Below are positions 1-12,940 of a stretch of DNA of 64,000 bases, piece after piece. Made by a program: the position numbers and the translations under genes. Source of the stretch: Chrysomallon squamiferum (Eukaryota; Animalia; Mollusca). The notes under the pieces are model-generated. The model was not told the origin of the DNA and did no database searches. It worked only from the letters and a program-made list of their open reading frames with translations. Each line of letters starts with the position of its first letter. Position 1 is the stretch's first letter. Where the stretch lies: positions 17,918,001-17,982,000 of the forward strand of contig CM022665.1 in the NCBI GenBank assembly GCA_012295275.1, given 5' to 3'.

Positions 1-87
1 TTTAATTGCTACAGTTTGATGAGCAATATTCAAACTATAAAATTTTGTTTTTAATTATTTTTTATAATTTTTAAATTTTATTTATGA

Positions 88-113
88 TCACAAATAATTC
101 ATGGTATACAAAG

Positions 114-157
<44 letters not shown>

Positions 158-545
158 TTAATTAATTAATTAATTAATTATACCTATAAATTAAAAAAAT
201 ATATATATTAGACTTAACTGTATACAAAGATAAAAATAAAATAATTAACTTTATACAAATATCAAAAATAATTAACTGTGTAAAAATATATATTAAAAAT
301 TTTTTTTTTATTGAACACAAACATCAAAAATAATTCATTGAAAATAAAATTTAAAAAAAAATAATTCTTTGTACATAAAGATACAAAAATAATTCAATGT
401 ACAGATAAACAACATTCTTTCATTACAAAGATCAGAAATACTTCATTGTATACAAAGATGGAACATAATTTATTATACAAATAGATTAATCAAAAGAATT
501 GCTTGTATACAACGAAAAAATGATAACTCATCGTACACAAATAGT
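88..545. repeat. Degenerate ~28-30-bp minisatellite interrupted by (AAT)n
   Basis: Recurrent aataattc(a/t)..tgtatacaaagata-like motif, roughly ten variant copies seen by eye. Confidence 0.6.
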
Positions 546-719
546 GAATACATATTTTTTAAAAATCTAAAAATAGAATCTGAATTTTCCCCCATACGCT
601 ACAGTCTTTTAGCGAATTTGTTTCAATAGTGGCAAAGATTGGAACTCACCATTAAAGCAGAAATTATACGATTTCAAGAACTAAAACAGAAGCATTAATC
701 CACCTTTGCACATCATCAA

Positions 720-1000
720 TCCAAGACGATATTTCTGTGACTGCCGACAGGAAGTGACTGAAAACGGGTGGCGTAAAACTGGTGAGTAATTCTTCGACGT
801 CCAATGTCAATAATCATGAACAAAAACGTGCGCGGTGCTGTGTGTGTGTGTGTCGGGGGGAAGTCGCAGTCAGCGAGCATGTGTGTGTGTGGATCGCAGC
901 GGCAGCAGTTCTCTCAGTGACAACAGTATTGATCCGCCTGCCCGGCTTGGCCAGTGTGCGTAGCTCAAACAACTGAGACATGTAAAGAAGATGTAGAAAT
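720..1000. promoter_or_regulatory. GC/CpG-rich island, possible promoter, first exon or enhancer
   Basis: GC and CpG are much higher than in the flanks. ETS-type ACAGGAAGTG at 747-756 and a consensus splice donor G|GTGAGT at 781/782-787. No recognisable protein. Confidence 0.35.
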
Positions 1001-1279
1001 CAATAACGAAGACATGTTACAAATGAGAACTTTCGGTGATGCAACTTAAGATGAAAGAGACACTACAGTGACGGTTAATTAAGATGTGTAACTGTTTACT
1101 AATCCTCATGCACCACCCTCCTGCCCTCAATCAACGACCGATTTCTTTTTTCATTGTTATTTTTTCTCTTCACACCAAAACGTTAATAAAACACTTCGTT
1201 ATACCTGTTAACAAAAGAACTGAAATTAGCTAATTTTAACACTTATTTCGTTAAGTTTACATTAAAATCGATTTATTAT

Positions 1280-1435
1280 CATTACTACTACTACTATTAC
1301 TACTTTTATTAGTACTACTGCTGCTATTATTATTATTATTACTACTACTATTACTACTTTTATTAGTACTACTGCTACTACTATTATTATTATTACTACA
1401 ACTATTACTATTTTTATAATTATCACTACTACTAC

Positions 1436-1469
<34 letters not shown>

Positions 1470-1470
1470 T
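1280..1470. repeat. Compound (TAC)n/(TAT)n microsatellite with an internal ~50-bp duplication
   Basis: tactacttttattagtactactgctgcta occurs twice, followed by an (ATT)n run. Confidence 0.85.
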
Positions 1471-2959
1471 TAAATACTGAGATAATACCACTTATAAATA
1501 ATCAAAGAAGCTTATGTTTTCTCCAGTCTTTCACTCTTTTCTATTTTTTAAGTTTAAAGTGAAACCTTGTGCTTCAAACAATTATTAATACAATTTGAAC
1601 CACATTTTGAGTATAGGTAGCAATTTTAGAGCTTCACATTTCTTTCATTATACTTTCTATCATAACAACAACAAAAAAATAAAAAATAAAAAATTTAACT
1701 GCTGCAGCTATGTTATTACTAACATTCAAATCACATTTCCAGTGCATTTTACCCATTATTCCTGTTACCAGTACCGAAAACATCTCTTAAAAACCATTGC
1801 ATATGGATGCATAAACAGAGAAACAGTCATACCCCTGGGACAATCAGCTTCATAAAAGCTTGGCAAAGCTCTGAACAGAAATGTTTTTTCGTTATTAAAG
1901 CTCCGAGATCAACCCCAATAAACTGCCTCAGTCTGAATGACGTCTTCTCCAGCAGTGTGCAATCAGGAATGAAACTCTATTACTTTTTATTCCTCTAAGG
2001 TGGAATTCTCAGCACAATCAACTGAACTTCGCCAATTTGGTCTTGGAACTGTAGCCAGGCTGGGAAAGAACTGATAAATGATATTAGAAGCATGCTGTGT
2101 TGGTCACAAATCCGGTTAGATCAATGAGTAGAAGTCATATATGGCCACATTAAAACTGACAGACTCTGAAATCACCACATACTGCTGATCCAAGCATTTT
2201 ACAACATTTGTAGAGAAAAATGTTTTACAATTTTACATTTGTAGAGAACATTCCAATTAAGAGTACAGAATTATTCAATATTTTAAGACAAAGAATAATT
2301 GGGATGCAGAAACATTTTTTTTTTTTTTTTTTTTATAGAAAGCAAAATAATTTCTTAAACTCAATCCTCAGAAAGGAAATAATAATAATAATAATAATAA
2401 TAGTAAAATCAATAATTTTAATAATATATAAAAATCATATTTTTTACATCGGTAACCATCAATATTAAATACATTGTAATGATAATAAATAGTTCTTCAT
2501 TCATAAGATCTTTTTTCAAAATTTCTTTTTATTTATTTATTGTGAAAGGTTAAATCAACAAAATTACTAGTAATAAATAAACAGTAATATTATTATATGA
2601 GTATATATATGTGTGTGTGAGAGACCAATGTAGTAAGACCAATAATTTTACATAAATGGTCATTACTATAGCTGTGGAATAAAGGGGGCTTTTTAATGTG
2701 ATAAAACAAATACATTATCCATGATGTGTTTATTATCAAGTTCCAGTGGTATGATTTTTATATAATAATGTATGTTTTTTTGTACTGTGCTGTATAATAA
2801 TGGTATATCATCATTTATACATATCCTCCTATAGAAATGATGGTATTTGCTGTATCAGTTAACTGTTGTAAGCATTTATTGTTGAAAATTTAATCTTAAA
2901 ATCTTCAAATAATGAAAGCAAATTTATCTTATTCTAACATGTTAGTAATATTATTTTTA

Positions 2960-3410
2960 ATTTTGTTTTAAAAATAAATAAATACAACAATAACGAATAA
3001 AATAAATAAAAATACAAAAATATAAGTACATTAATAAGTAAATTAACAATTAAATAAGTAAATAAAATAAATAAATACAAAAAATAAGTAAATAAATAAT
3101 AATTCAACAATAAAAAAAAGTATAATAAATAAGTAAATAAATAAATAAATAGGTGAACAAACAAAAAAATAAATACAACAATAAGGAATAAAGTAAATAA
3201 ACAAAAAAATATGCAAAAATAATTTTTTTAAAAGATACCAAATAAATATAAAATAAATATGAAAAAAATAGATATAAAAAAAAGTAACAAATAAATAAAT
3301 AGTAAAATAAATAAACATAAACAAACAAAAATAATAAAAAATAAATAAATAAACAATAAAAATACACGAACACACACAAATTAAATACAAAAATAAATAA
3401 ATAAATATAA
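2960..3410. repeat. Degenerate (AAAT)n low-complexity tract
   Basis: Seen directly; it explains the F/L/I/Y-rich ORFs at 2934-3390. Confidence 0.85.
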
Positions 3411-4919
3411 AAGAGTGTATTTAAAATTTCAGATGAAGGAAATTAATTGTGGATTTGCTGCAACTGATGTACACAGCAAGGTGTGGAACTGTTTTATAAA
3501 ACTTCCTCTGTTTGTGACATTTACTTATTCAGTTCAGCTTCTAAACTAATTTTCATCATTCTGGTCTCCACAGAAAACTTAACAAGCAATTAGAAACTGT
3601 CCAAAATAGTTGTGTTTCTAAAAGCAGCAGTTTTATTACATAATTAACTCGTATCATAAACAGAAACACACTTAATTCTTAAAAATAATTAATATTATAA
3701 ACGTCAGTTAAATGTCATGAAATAAATATTAATATTATGCCAGTAGATTACTGAAGTTTATTCTCTCTCTCTCTCTCTCAAGAATAATATATTACAATCT
3801 AAGTTCCAATTAACAGTTAATAATTCTAATAATGGATGTGATATATTAACAATCTAAGATCCAGTTAACAGTATATAATTCTAAGACGCAATTTTTACGT
3901 TAATAATCTAAAACCAGATAATAATTCCCAGATATATTTTATGTAAGTATTAATAAGCAAAATCTAGTTAATATTCCTAAAGGGATGTGTGATTTAAGTA
4001 CTAATAGCCTTAGTAATAATGAATAAACATAAGCAACAAATAATAACTGACCAAGCTTTAATAAAAATTAAGGAGTCTCAAATGAAAATGAGAGACAAGA
4101 CAACTGAAGGGATCATGATCTTGTGATGCCCAACATATTTCATGCCAAATAAGTTTCCGATTAGTACCGTCATGGGCAGCGATGTTGCCGTTCTAAGAAA
4201 CATGGTCTCACTGCCAGCCTGACAGACCATTAATCACACAGTTAGTTACAGGACAAAAATGTTCAGATGATAGTGCGTCTGGGCTTTGAACTTTGAAGCA
4301 GGAAGGAAACATCTGTCAAGTGGTAATTTTCTCTTGAAACAAATCGTTTACCCAATGTAATAATGAACACTGTGGTGTACTGGAAGTAAGAAAACTTGAA
4401 ACATAAAACACGTTGACTTACAAAACTTGCTGTATTGAAAGTTAAACAGCAAGTCACCATGTTTGAATATTCAAGAAAGATAATTCATAGGCTGTCACTG
4501 TCAGTGGTTTTATAGTTACACTGATAATTGATCCTGATGTATTAAAAACTTGTTACAATGAAATTCAGTTTTATTAATGCTCACCATGTTCCAGTTTATG
4601 AAGTGACATCAGGGAAGAAAGCAAGATGACAGTTGCTATGGATCATCTTGGACTTGCTAAAAATGTTTTCTTCATCTTTTCTTTTCTTTTGATTATTATT
4701 ATTATTATTTTTTATTTTTTATTTTTTTGTCTTTCTATTATTGTTTATATTTTAATTTGTAAAGAGAAAGAAAAATATGAAGAAAGCAGTATCTATACAT
4801 CCATGATATTTATTTATTCTTGATTTGTGTCATAAATTCTGGAAAACAAATTAAAGAGAGTAAAATCTCTGCGTCCTTAGATGTAATTTCTCTCAGGTCT
4901 GCCCTGCTTGAAAATTTAG

Positions 4920-5500
4920 CAAATGATGGTGAAATGTTTCAAACACATCATTTACATCGTTTATAAGATGATTACTTATACAAAACATCTTTTGGTCATA
5001 ATATTTATCATTCTCAAAAATGTAGTATGTGATGGTGAAATATTTCTACCATATCATTCAACCGATTATTTACATCATTTATAAGGTTTTACAAGAGATA
5101 CAACTGTTCTTGGTGTTATCTTTCTAAGCAGTATAGTATGGTGACATGGTTCTAATATGTCATAAACATCATTTACTACAAATAAAAATTATTTTGATCC
5201 ACCTTCCTCAGCTTTGTATTAAGTGAAGCATCATATAATGTTTCTAGTCATTCAATCAACCATTTACATCAGTTACTAGATGTTTACCACAAAAAAAAAA
5301 CACCAAGAGCTTTTTAACAAATCTCTCTAAGCATTGTATTAAGAAAGGCATTATCAGATGTTTTTCAAGCAACTATTTACACAACTAATAAGACATGTCC
5401 TGAAGATACAAATGCTTTTGGGCATATCTTTCTCAAAAATGTAGTAAATCACATTTAATCAACCATTTACATCATTCATAAAATATTTACAAAACAATAA
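4920..5500. repeat. Old decayed ~100-110-bp tandem repeat
   Basis: catttacatc..ttataag, ttctcaaaaatgtagta and atggtgaaat motifs recur about every 100 bp, 5-6 copies. Confidence 0.6.
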
Positions 5501-7264
5501 AGGTCCATCTTGAATATGTTTTTCTGTGTGAGGAGTTACGCACCATGAATCTCCCCAGACAGTTCTGGTCTAGACATGGTACTGGAATATGATGCTGGTA
5601 CTTAAGTCCTAAGACCAATAGCTTAACCACATACCCTACCATCAAGCCTGGTTTATTCCAGCAATGGCTATTATTTCACTTTGTATACACCTTAGAGAAG
5701 ACCTTTGATAGAACTTTTTGATTAAGTTTTGTGTCAGAAATTGTTTTCCTCTAAAAATAAAGCCTGACAGAAAAAACATCAGAATCTTTTTTGAACTTCT
5801 ATATTAAATATTAGAATTGGGCTTTGAAACCATAGTGTCTGAAATAGTGCAACCTTTATGTAACAAAAATAGTTGCCGTTAGATCATAGACTGTTTTGTT
5901 ACTTTAAAACCAGCTAAACCTAATGTATTGGCCTTTACACTTTTATTGACAATGCTAAAAACATCTCAAGACACAGAGAATTAAAAAAATCAAAAGAGAA
6001 ATAATAATAAAGTCAATAGCGATTGGATTTTTTTTTTTTTTTTTTTTTTGCTGTTTCCTGTTTTTAATCTTTATTTTTTGCTCTCTTGTTTTCCCTTCAA
6101 GCTAAAAATATTACAATGCCAACGGACAGACAAAATTGATCCAATATGTTAGGATTTAAAAAAAAGAAAAAAAAAAAAATTTTGTTTTTCCGCTATTCAG
6201 TATTTTTACGTAGTATTTTCCGCTACTTTCAATGTGGTATTATTGCACAAGCGAGCCAGCGCTGGAAGCCATAACAAGCAATCAACTTAACAATTTCTTT
6301 TGTATGGAGGACCAGACCATATTAATGTTGGTTTTTCCTTAAGAAGACAACAATCTATTTCCGGTCAATATGAAAATCGCTAAAACGAAATGTTTACCAG
6401 AAGCTATTAATGTTGGTGAAATTCAGGGAGTAATCATAGGCGACAGGCCAACGCAGTAAATCTGGAACCAATATCGGCATTTTACACAGACAGATATGGG
6501 AACATAAAATATGAAATGAAGAAATGGAGACACCCTTAGGGGTTATCAGTGTGGGTCATATAATTGAAAACGGTGTGCGAGGCCTAATCAGTGGTCGTTT
6601 ATTTGTACAAATTGTCCGATAAATGAGTACTCGGATGGCAGATCGCAGATGTTCATGTGGATTTTTATGTATGAATCGAAAAAGCAAGTCGGTGAAAATG
6701 AAAAGTCTTCACCAAAGTGAAAGTGCGTTATTTATTGTTGAACATTTTTGTAGTGTCTGGGAAGTCTAAAAATAAATCACGGTTCGTTGGAATACGTATG
6801 ACAACCACAAAACTGCCAGTTAACATGTGCTTAAAAGTCTTGAGACTTCAGTTTTACAAAAAAAAAAAAAAGAAAAAAAAAAAAAGGTTTTGTAACGTAA
6901 TGTCCAGCATTACAATAACAACCACTATAAATGTCTCTTGCTTTTTATTATATTTTATTTACTTATGAAAATAAAATGTATTTATTTAATAAAATAAACA
7001 AAATGTGTTTCCTTAATAAAATAAAGAAAATTAATGTGCTTAATAAAATAAAATAAAACAAATGCATGCATATTATTTGCATATTCATTTGAAACGAATT
7101 GTTATAAAAATTATCTATTGTCTAAATTTTATTACAAACCAGCTTTTTTCAAATCTTCCAAATTTTACTTTATATTTTGGCAACAACTTATATTTTATTT
7201 GTAGTTTTTATATACTTTGTTACTGATATTTCTGATACTGTAATTTCATTTTTACTACAAACAG

Positions 7265-7336
7265 AAAACAACTACTTCAAGAGTAATGAAACTGCAGCAA
7301 CGTGTTCGAAGCTCAGATGAAGAAGGATGGGAGGCG
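7265..7336 (+). other. Candidate 72-nt internal exon (phase 0-0, KTTTSRVMKLQQRVRSSDEEGWEA)
   Basis: Preceded by catttttactacaaacAG and followed by GTGAGT (7337-7342). Length is divisible by 3, only frame 0 is open, and it is purine/GC-richer than its flanks with GAAGAA. Peptide not recognised. Confidence 0.3.
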
Positions 7337-7736
7337 GTGAGTTTGTGGCTAGAACCTAAGAAGAAAGAACGAATGCCTGAACAAATAAATACACCGCAAA
7401 AATACTTATAAAAAAAAAGAGTAATTTAATCCCCTCAGTAAGTTATGTTATTTAATCATGAAGGCTTAAAATCTAATCAAAATTTTTTACCAACAGTTTT
7501 CATCTAAAACTTATTAAATGATAACCAGTTGGTGAAAGCTGTAAATAATCAAATAAATATGTTGAATATGATCCACTGTGATTAATTTATTTATTTCAGA
7601 ACCATCCAATACTCTATAAATAAAATGCTCCATTACATATTTCGTTTAGTATAATTAATTAATTAACAAGTTACCGGCACTTTGATTATTTGATTATAGA
7701 CAGAATAACTTTGAGAAAATAAAAAGAGGTAATCGG

Positions 7737-8515
7737 AAGCTTTTTATTCTTCTATATTCTGACGATACGATACTATTACCAGAATCAACGGATGCTTTAC
7801 AATCTTAACATTTTTTCAATTACTGCTGACTATGGAGGCTTAAAGTCAATACAAATAAAATTAAAATAATGAATTTCAGTAAAGGGAGAAAATTTCATGA
7901 TTATATATTTAAATCTGACGAAGAGATTATTCATATAGTAAATAACTATACATTTTTGGGCATACAATTAACAAGAAACGGTATATTCAGTTACAACGTA
8001 GAACAACTATATTACAAAGCAACGAACGCTATGTATAGCGTAATAGGAAAAAGTCGTCAGAGTAATCTATCCAGCGACTGTACACTTGATTTATTTAACA
8101 ACGATGTACAACGAATTTTACGTGGTTCTGAAATACAGTTTTTTTTATAAATGTACAATTAATAGAAAGATTCGATATGAAATTTTTAAAGTATTTACTT
8201 AATGTTAATAAATATACCCCTGATTTTATTATCTATGGTGAGCCAGGACGGTATATATTTTGACGGTATCCTTTTTGCATTTCTATAAAAATAATTGGAA
8301 GAACCTAATTCGCAAAAATCGCAAGATTCGCAAGATTTCCTCACAACTATATTATTTAATACATCTTATCGATTCTGCTTGGAACAAATTTGTGAACAAA
8401 TTTTTCTGGTGTAACATATGTATGGACATATAATAACTTTGATAACGTTAAATGATTACGTGAAATGGTATCCAAAATATTAAAAGATCAATACCTACAA
8501 ATATGGAAAAATTAA
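7737..8515 (+). mobile_element. Degraded non-LTR retrotransposon (CR1/L2-like LINE) ORF2 fragment: RT C-terminal half and downstream region
   Basis: Conceptual translation across frameshifts and stops: KLFILLYSDDTILLPESTDALQ (YADD-type catalytic motif), LNIFFNYC*LWRLKVNTNKIKIMNFSKGR, IVNNYTFLGIQL, LDLFN, IERFDMKFLKYLLNVNKYTPDFIIYGEPGRY, KILKDQYLQIWK. This is the usual motif order of this LINE group. It includes supplied ORF 7869-8150. Confidence 0.9.
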
Positions 8516-10011
8516 AATGAAACATCTCAGATAATTTACCAGATAATTCATGAAACATCCAAATATATTCATAATGAAAAAAGTTATCTCTGTTAATAAG
8601 AACTACATGTGAGAGAGTATGTCCTCCACGTTAAACTTCTACACATGTGCATTTTGATTTTTATATATCTGTAATACATTCTGAGTGTTGCTTGAAAAGT
8701 ACAATTTTTTTTTTTTTTTTTTTTATAGATATGTCATTTTGATCCGAGTCAAATACATGCATGCATGCATTCTGTTTATTTATTAAATTAATTGTGATTA
8801 ACCATTATTACCACTACTGGGGGAAAACCCCCCCCCAGAAAAAACAACTTAAGAGCACTGTTTGGATCGGTAAATAATCCATTGGGGAGCACTGAGATTG
8901 ATCCTGCAATTAATCAGACTTCAGACCATTGAACCAAATTCTACTCTTCTGATTCTCCGTTGTGTTTTGATTTGAAAGCCTCTATTTAGGAAGAAAATGA
9001 AAGGAACGTAATAAAGAGTGAAAAATTGATGGATGAAGATGCAAAGTAATCCGTTGAATCGTTTGAATTTGCCATAAATGAGAAAAATCAGATCATTGTG
9101 GTTCTTATAAAAAGGCTTGAACACCATCATCATCATCATCGTCATCATTGCCATCAAATGCAATAGCTCATCAAACTTCTATTAACAAAATGACGTATTT
9201 CCTCCCTGCGTGTCTGTTAAAAACATTGCCCAAGAGTTGATTATTTTAAAGTGATAACAGTCCCTTGGTCCATGATTGAAAGATTAAATAACATAACAAT
9301 TTTAATCTTTTTTTTTTTTTTTTTTTTTTTTTTTCTGAACGAAAATTAACGATCACAGCTGAATGTGGATATGGAGCCAGAGCCCGAATTTCTGTAAGGG
9401 AAGACGAATTCTCTATAGTGAATACAATTTTTAAGATATAAATTTAAAAATAAATAAATAAATAAGTAAGTAAGTAAACAAACAAACAAATAAATAAATA
9501 AACAGTTAAATAAATAATAAATAAATAACAAATAAACACAATAAATAAATAAATAGTTAAATAAATAAACATACAAATTAATAAATGAATGAATTAAGAA
9601 ACGTTTCTGTCCTTAAGACTGAAACAGGTAAAGATTTCTTTTTAGTGAAATTTTAAAAATGAATAAAAATAGACATAATGTTATTATCTGATTTATATAC
9701 TAAACAGTTTTGAAAATTATGATAGAAAAACAATGAATAAACCTGGAATTATAATTAAATTATTTACATTCGAAACATGTACACATGGATCGGGGACAGT
9801 AACTCTGTAATAAAAAAAAAATAATAATTATGTGGTAAAATCAGTTTCATATAAATCACGAATAACATTTAGAAAATCTTCAGATTTGTTAAGTTATTGA
9901 TATTTTTTAAAAACGGTCCCTGGAATTCACTTTTTGGTGGAAAACTACAATCGAAATGTGAAAGTTTCTGTCTAACTGTTACACAGATCACAAAGAATAT
10001 GGGAAAAAAAT

Positions 10012-10064
<53 letters not shown>

Positions 10065-10070
10065 AAAAAA

Positions 10071-10236
10071 GTAGTCGTTTTCCTTCATGGATATTATTGA
10101 TCAAACAATATCATCAATATTAAAATAAACTAAAGCATATTTAACTTACATATCAGGAAGATTTATTTAAATTTTGCGAAGACTGAAATTATTGTATTCT
10201 ACGATGAGCTATTGAAATAATGGAAGAATTTATATG

Positions 10237-10274
<38 letters not shown>

Positions 10275-10285
10275 GTATATGGTTG
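10071..10285. repeat. Dispersed ~215-bp element, copy 1, preceded by (GA)n and containing a terminal (ATT)n
   Basis: Collinear and about 90-95% identical by eye over its ~170-bp core with 49411-49625; offset 39340 bp. Confidence 0.9.
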
Positions 10286-11248
10286 GTCAGTAGCTCAGTT
10301 GTTATTAATATATCTTTCTTTGTGAATCAGAAATAAAGTACTAGATACAAACAAGTAGGAAAATCTCTGTAGAATAACCTTGTAAATATAAACTAGATCG
10401 CGACAAGCCCATTCCAAACCAAATTGACATCAACTTCCGGTGATGGCAATAACTGAAGCAGACGACTGAAATTATATGTATTGAAAAGCCGCCTCTCAAA
10501 TAAACAAATAAATAAATAATGGAATCGTGATATATTCTGCTGTTGTGCGTATGGCTGTTCAAATGCAAAAAAAAAAAAAAAAAAAAAACACTAAAAAAAA
10601 ACGAGAGAGAACCAAAATAACAATAATAAAAAAGGGGAGAGACTAATACATTTCTTTCAGCTGACATACGTAATTTTTTGTTTCTAACATTAACCATATA
10701 AATGTGCTTTAAAAGAAGTAAATTGTTCTCAAATTAAAGTGGTTATTTACATTTCATTAACACCGCGGAAACTAATGTTGGGGAACACACAAAATGTGAT
10801 ACGCCAAGACGAACACGAGAATAGCAATTTACATCGAAGCCAAGGTCACGTCAAACAGTCTATTTTGTTAAATTCACTACATGGTGTTTGGGAAGAGTAC
10901 ATCAAATTGTAATTTGTTATTATCGACCAGACAAAACAAACTATCGGCTACTCGGGGACCATCCATTTTGAATAATTAGTCCAGCAGAATAATTATTATT
11001 GTCGAAGGCCAAGGCTGTAGATTAGAAAGAAAAAGAAAAAAAAAAAAGAAAAAAAATAAACAAATAAAAAGAAAGGGATCAAGAACAAAAAAAAGAAGAA
11101 ACCAGAAGAATAAATATGTGATGAGTTTCTGACAAAATTAAATAAATAACTAAAAAAAAAAAAAAAACCGAAAAGAAAATAAATTTCTCTCGATGTCCGA
11201 AATGTCTTTAGATATTTCGATAAAAAAAAATGTAAATAAATAAATAAA

Positions 11249-11292
<44 letters not shown>

Positions 11293-11886
11293 TAAATAAA
11301 TAAATAATTGTTGTTAACCAACTGAATAACACTTAGTGGGAAACACATCCATTATTTTATCTGCATATTGCCATTACATGAACGACTGCCATGCATGTAT
11401 CCACATCTTTTCTTTTCTCTTTTTTTTTTTTTTTTTTTTCCTTTTTCAGGACCCCTTTCCCCGATGCGCACCGAAATTCATATGTGAATTACATGCAAGT
11501 AACGTGTAAAAATGTCCGATGGTCGAATGTGATATTTTTTGGACAGTTAGAAAATAAAATAAATTTAGTTAGTTATTCAGGACTATTAACATATGATCTT
11601 TGTAACCAAATACTTTCCTACTCTGGGTGAATTCTCTCCACATTAAGTGAATTGATTATTTTCAGTGTGGACTATTTTTAAGGGTACATAAATAAACATG
11701 AAATAATAATAACAATTCATTTTAAGATAGTTTTACTTAAGGTTCTTATTCATCATATAATTATCACAAGTGATAATAATAAAAATAATACTAGTGGTAG
11801 TTGTAGTGACAGTAGTAGCAGTAATGAACATTGCTATATGCACTTTTTCTACACAGAATTTTGACCGATAAGCCTACAGAACGAAT

Positions 11887-12482
11887 TTTTTTTCAAGTAC
11901 ATGTATATGATGCAAGGGACGTAACCTACAATTCACTGTTGAGATTGTTTTTCTTAAAGGTTGTGGTTCTTTTTCATCAAATACTTATCAAAAATGATAA
12001 TAAATTTTACAGTAAACAAACCACTGTCAGTACATTATTGTTGTTGTATTTATTATCATTGTTATTAATAGTGTATTAGTAATAGTAGTAGGAATAGCAT
12101 ATGATTATTGTTATAATAAATGTCTTAGTAAGTAAACACATATCAGTACATCATTATTGTTGCTGTATTGATATTAGTAGTAGCAGTAGTAGCAGTGTAG
12201 TTGTAGTAGTAGTAGTAGCAGCAGCAGTAGGAATAGTAGTACTGTCCAACGTGTTTTATTTAGCCTAAAGGTTTTAAAACTGGTCTCTATGGTCACTGGA
12301 TCTATTCTCTTCCGTGCGTTCACGGAATACTTCCCAACACAGTAATAGCTCATCTGTGAAAGTTTATGGTGCGTCCTATCTTGATTACTGGAAAATGCTT
12401 CTGAGGGGAAAAGATTATTGATAACATTTGTTTTTAAACAATAACAGTGGTGGATGAAAATTATCTTTCTCTTGTGTCGTTT

Positions 12483-12560
<78 letters not shown>

Positions 12561-12897
12561 GCCTGTCATATTTGTTTTTCTTGTTATTTGTAAATGAGGG
12601 GTATCTGTATATCATTATTTATATATTTAGAATTAACAAATTGATAATATGAAGGTGTGTGTGTGTGTGTGTGTGTGTTTCCTATGTATTCAGTGACTCT
12701 CTTCTTTTAATAAATCAGATAAGCTATTGATGTCACACTCGGGGAGTTCTGACCCGAATGCTAAGCAAAAGAAGTAAAACAGGGAAACCCCCTCTTTTCA
12801 TTTTTCTGTGAAGACGGGGAATCCATAGTGTGGGGAGTTTAAATCCTGATCACGTGATCCTGTACTGTAAAATGAATAACCCCTTTTTGAATTTTAA

Positions 12898-12940
<43 letters not shown>

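Noticed and set aside
12174-12569. Minus-strand 131-aa ORF or last exon in copy 0
   Set aside because: It starts and ends in microsatellite, the acceptor-like cccctcag is not kept in units A-C, and the peptide is unrecognised.
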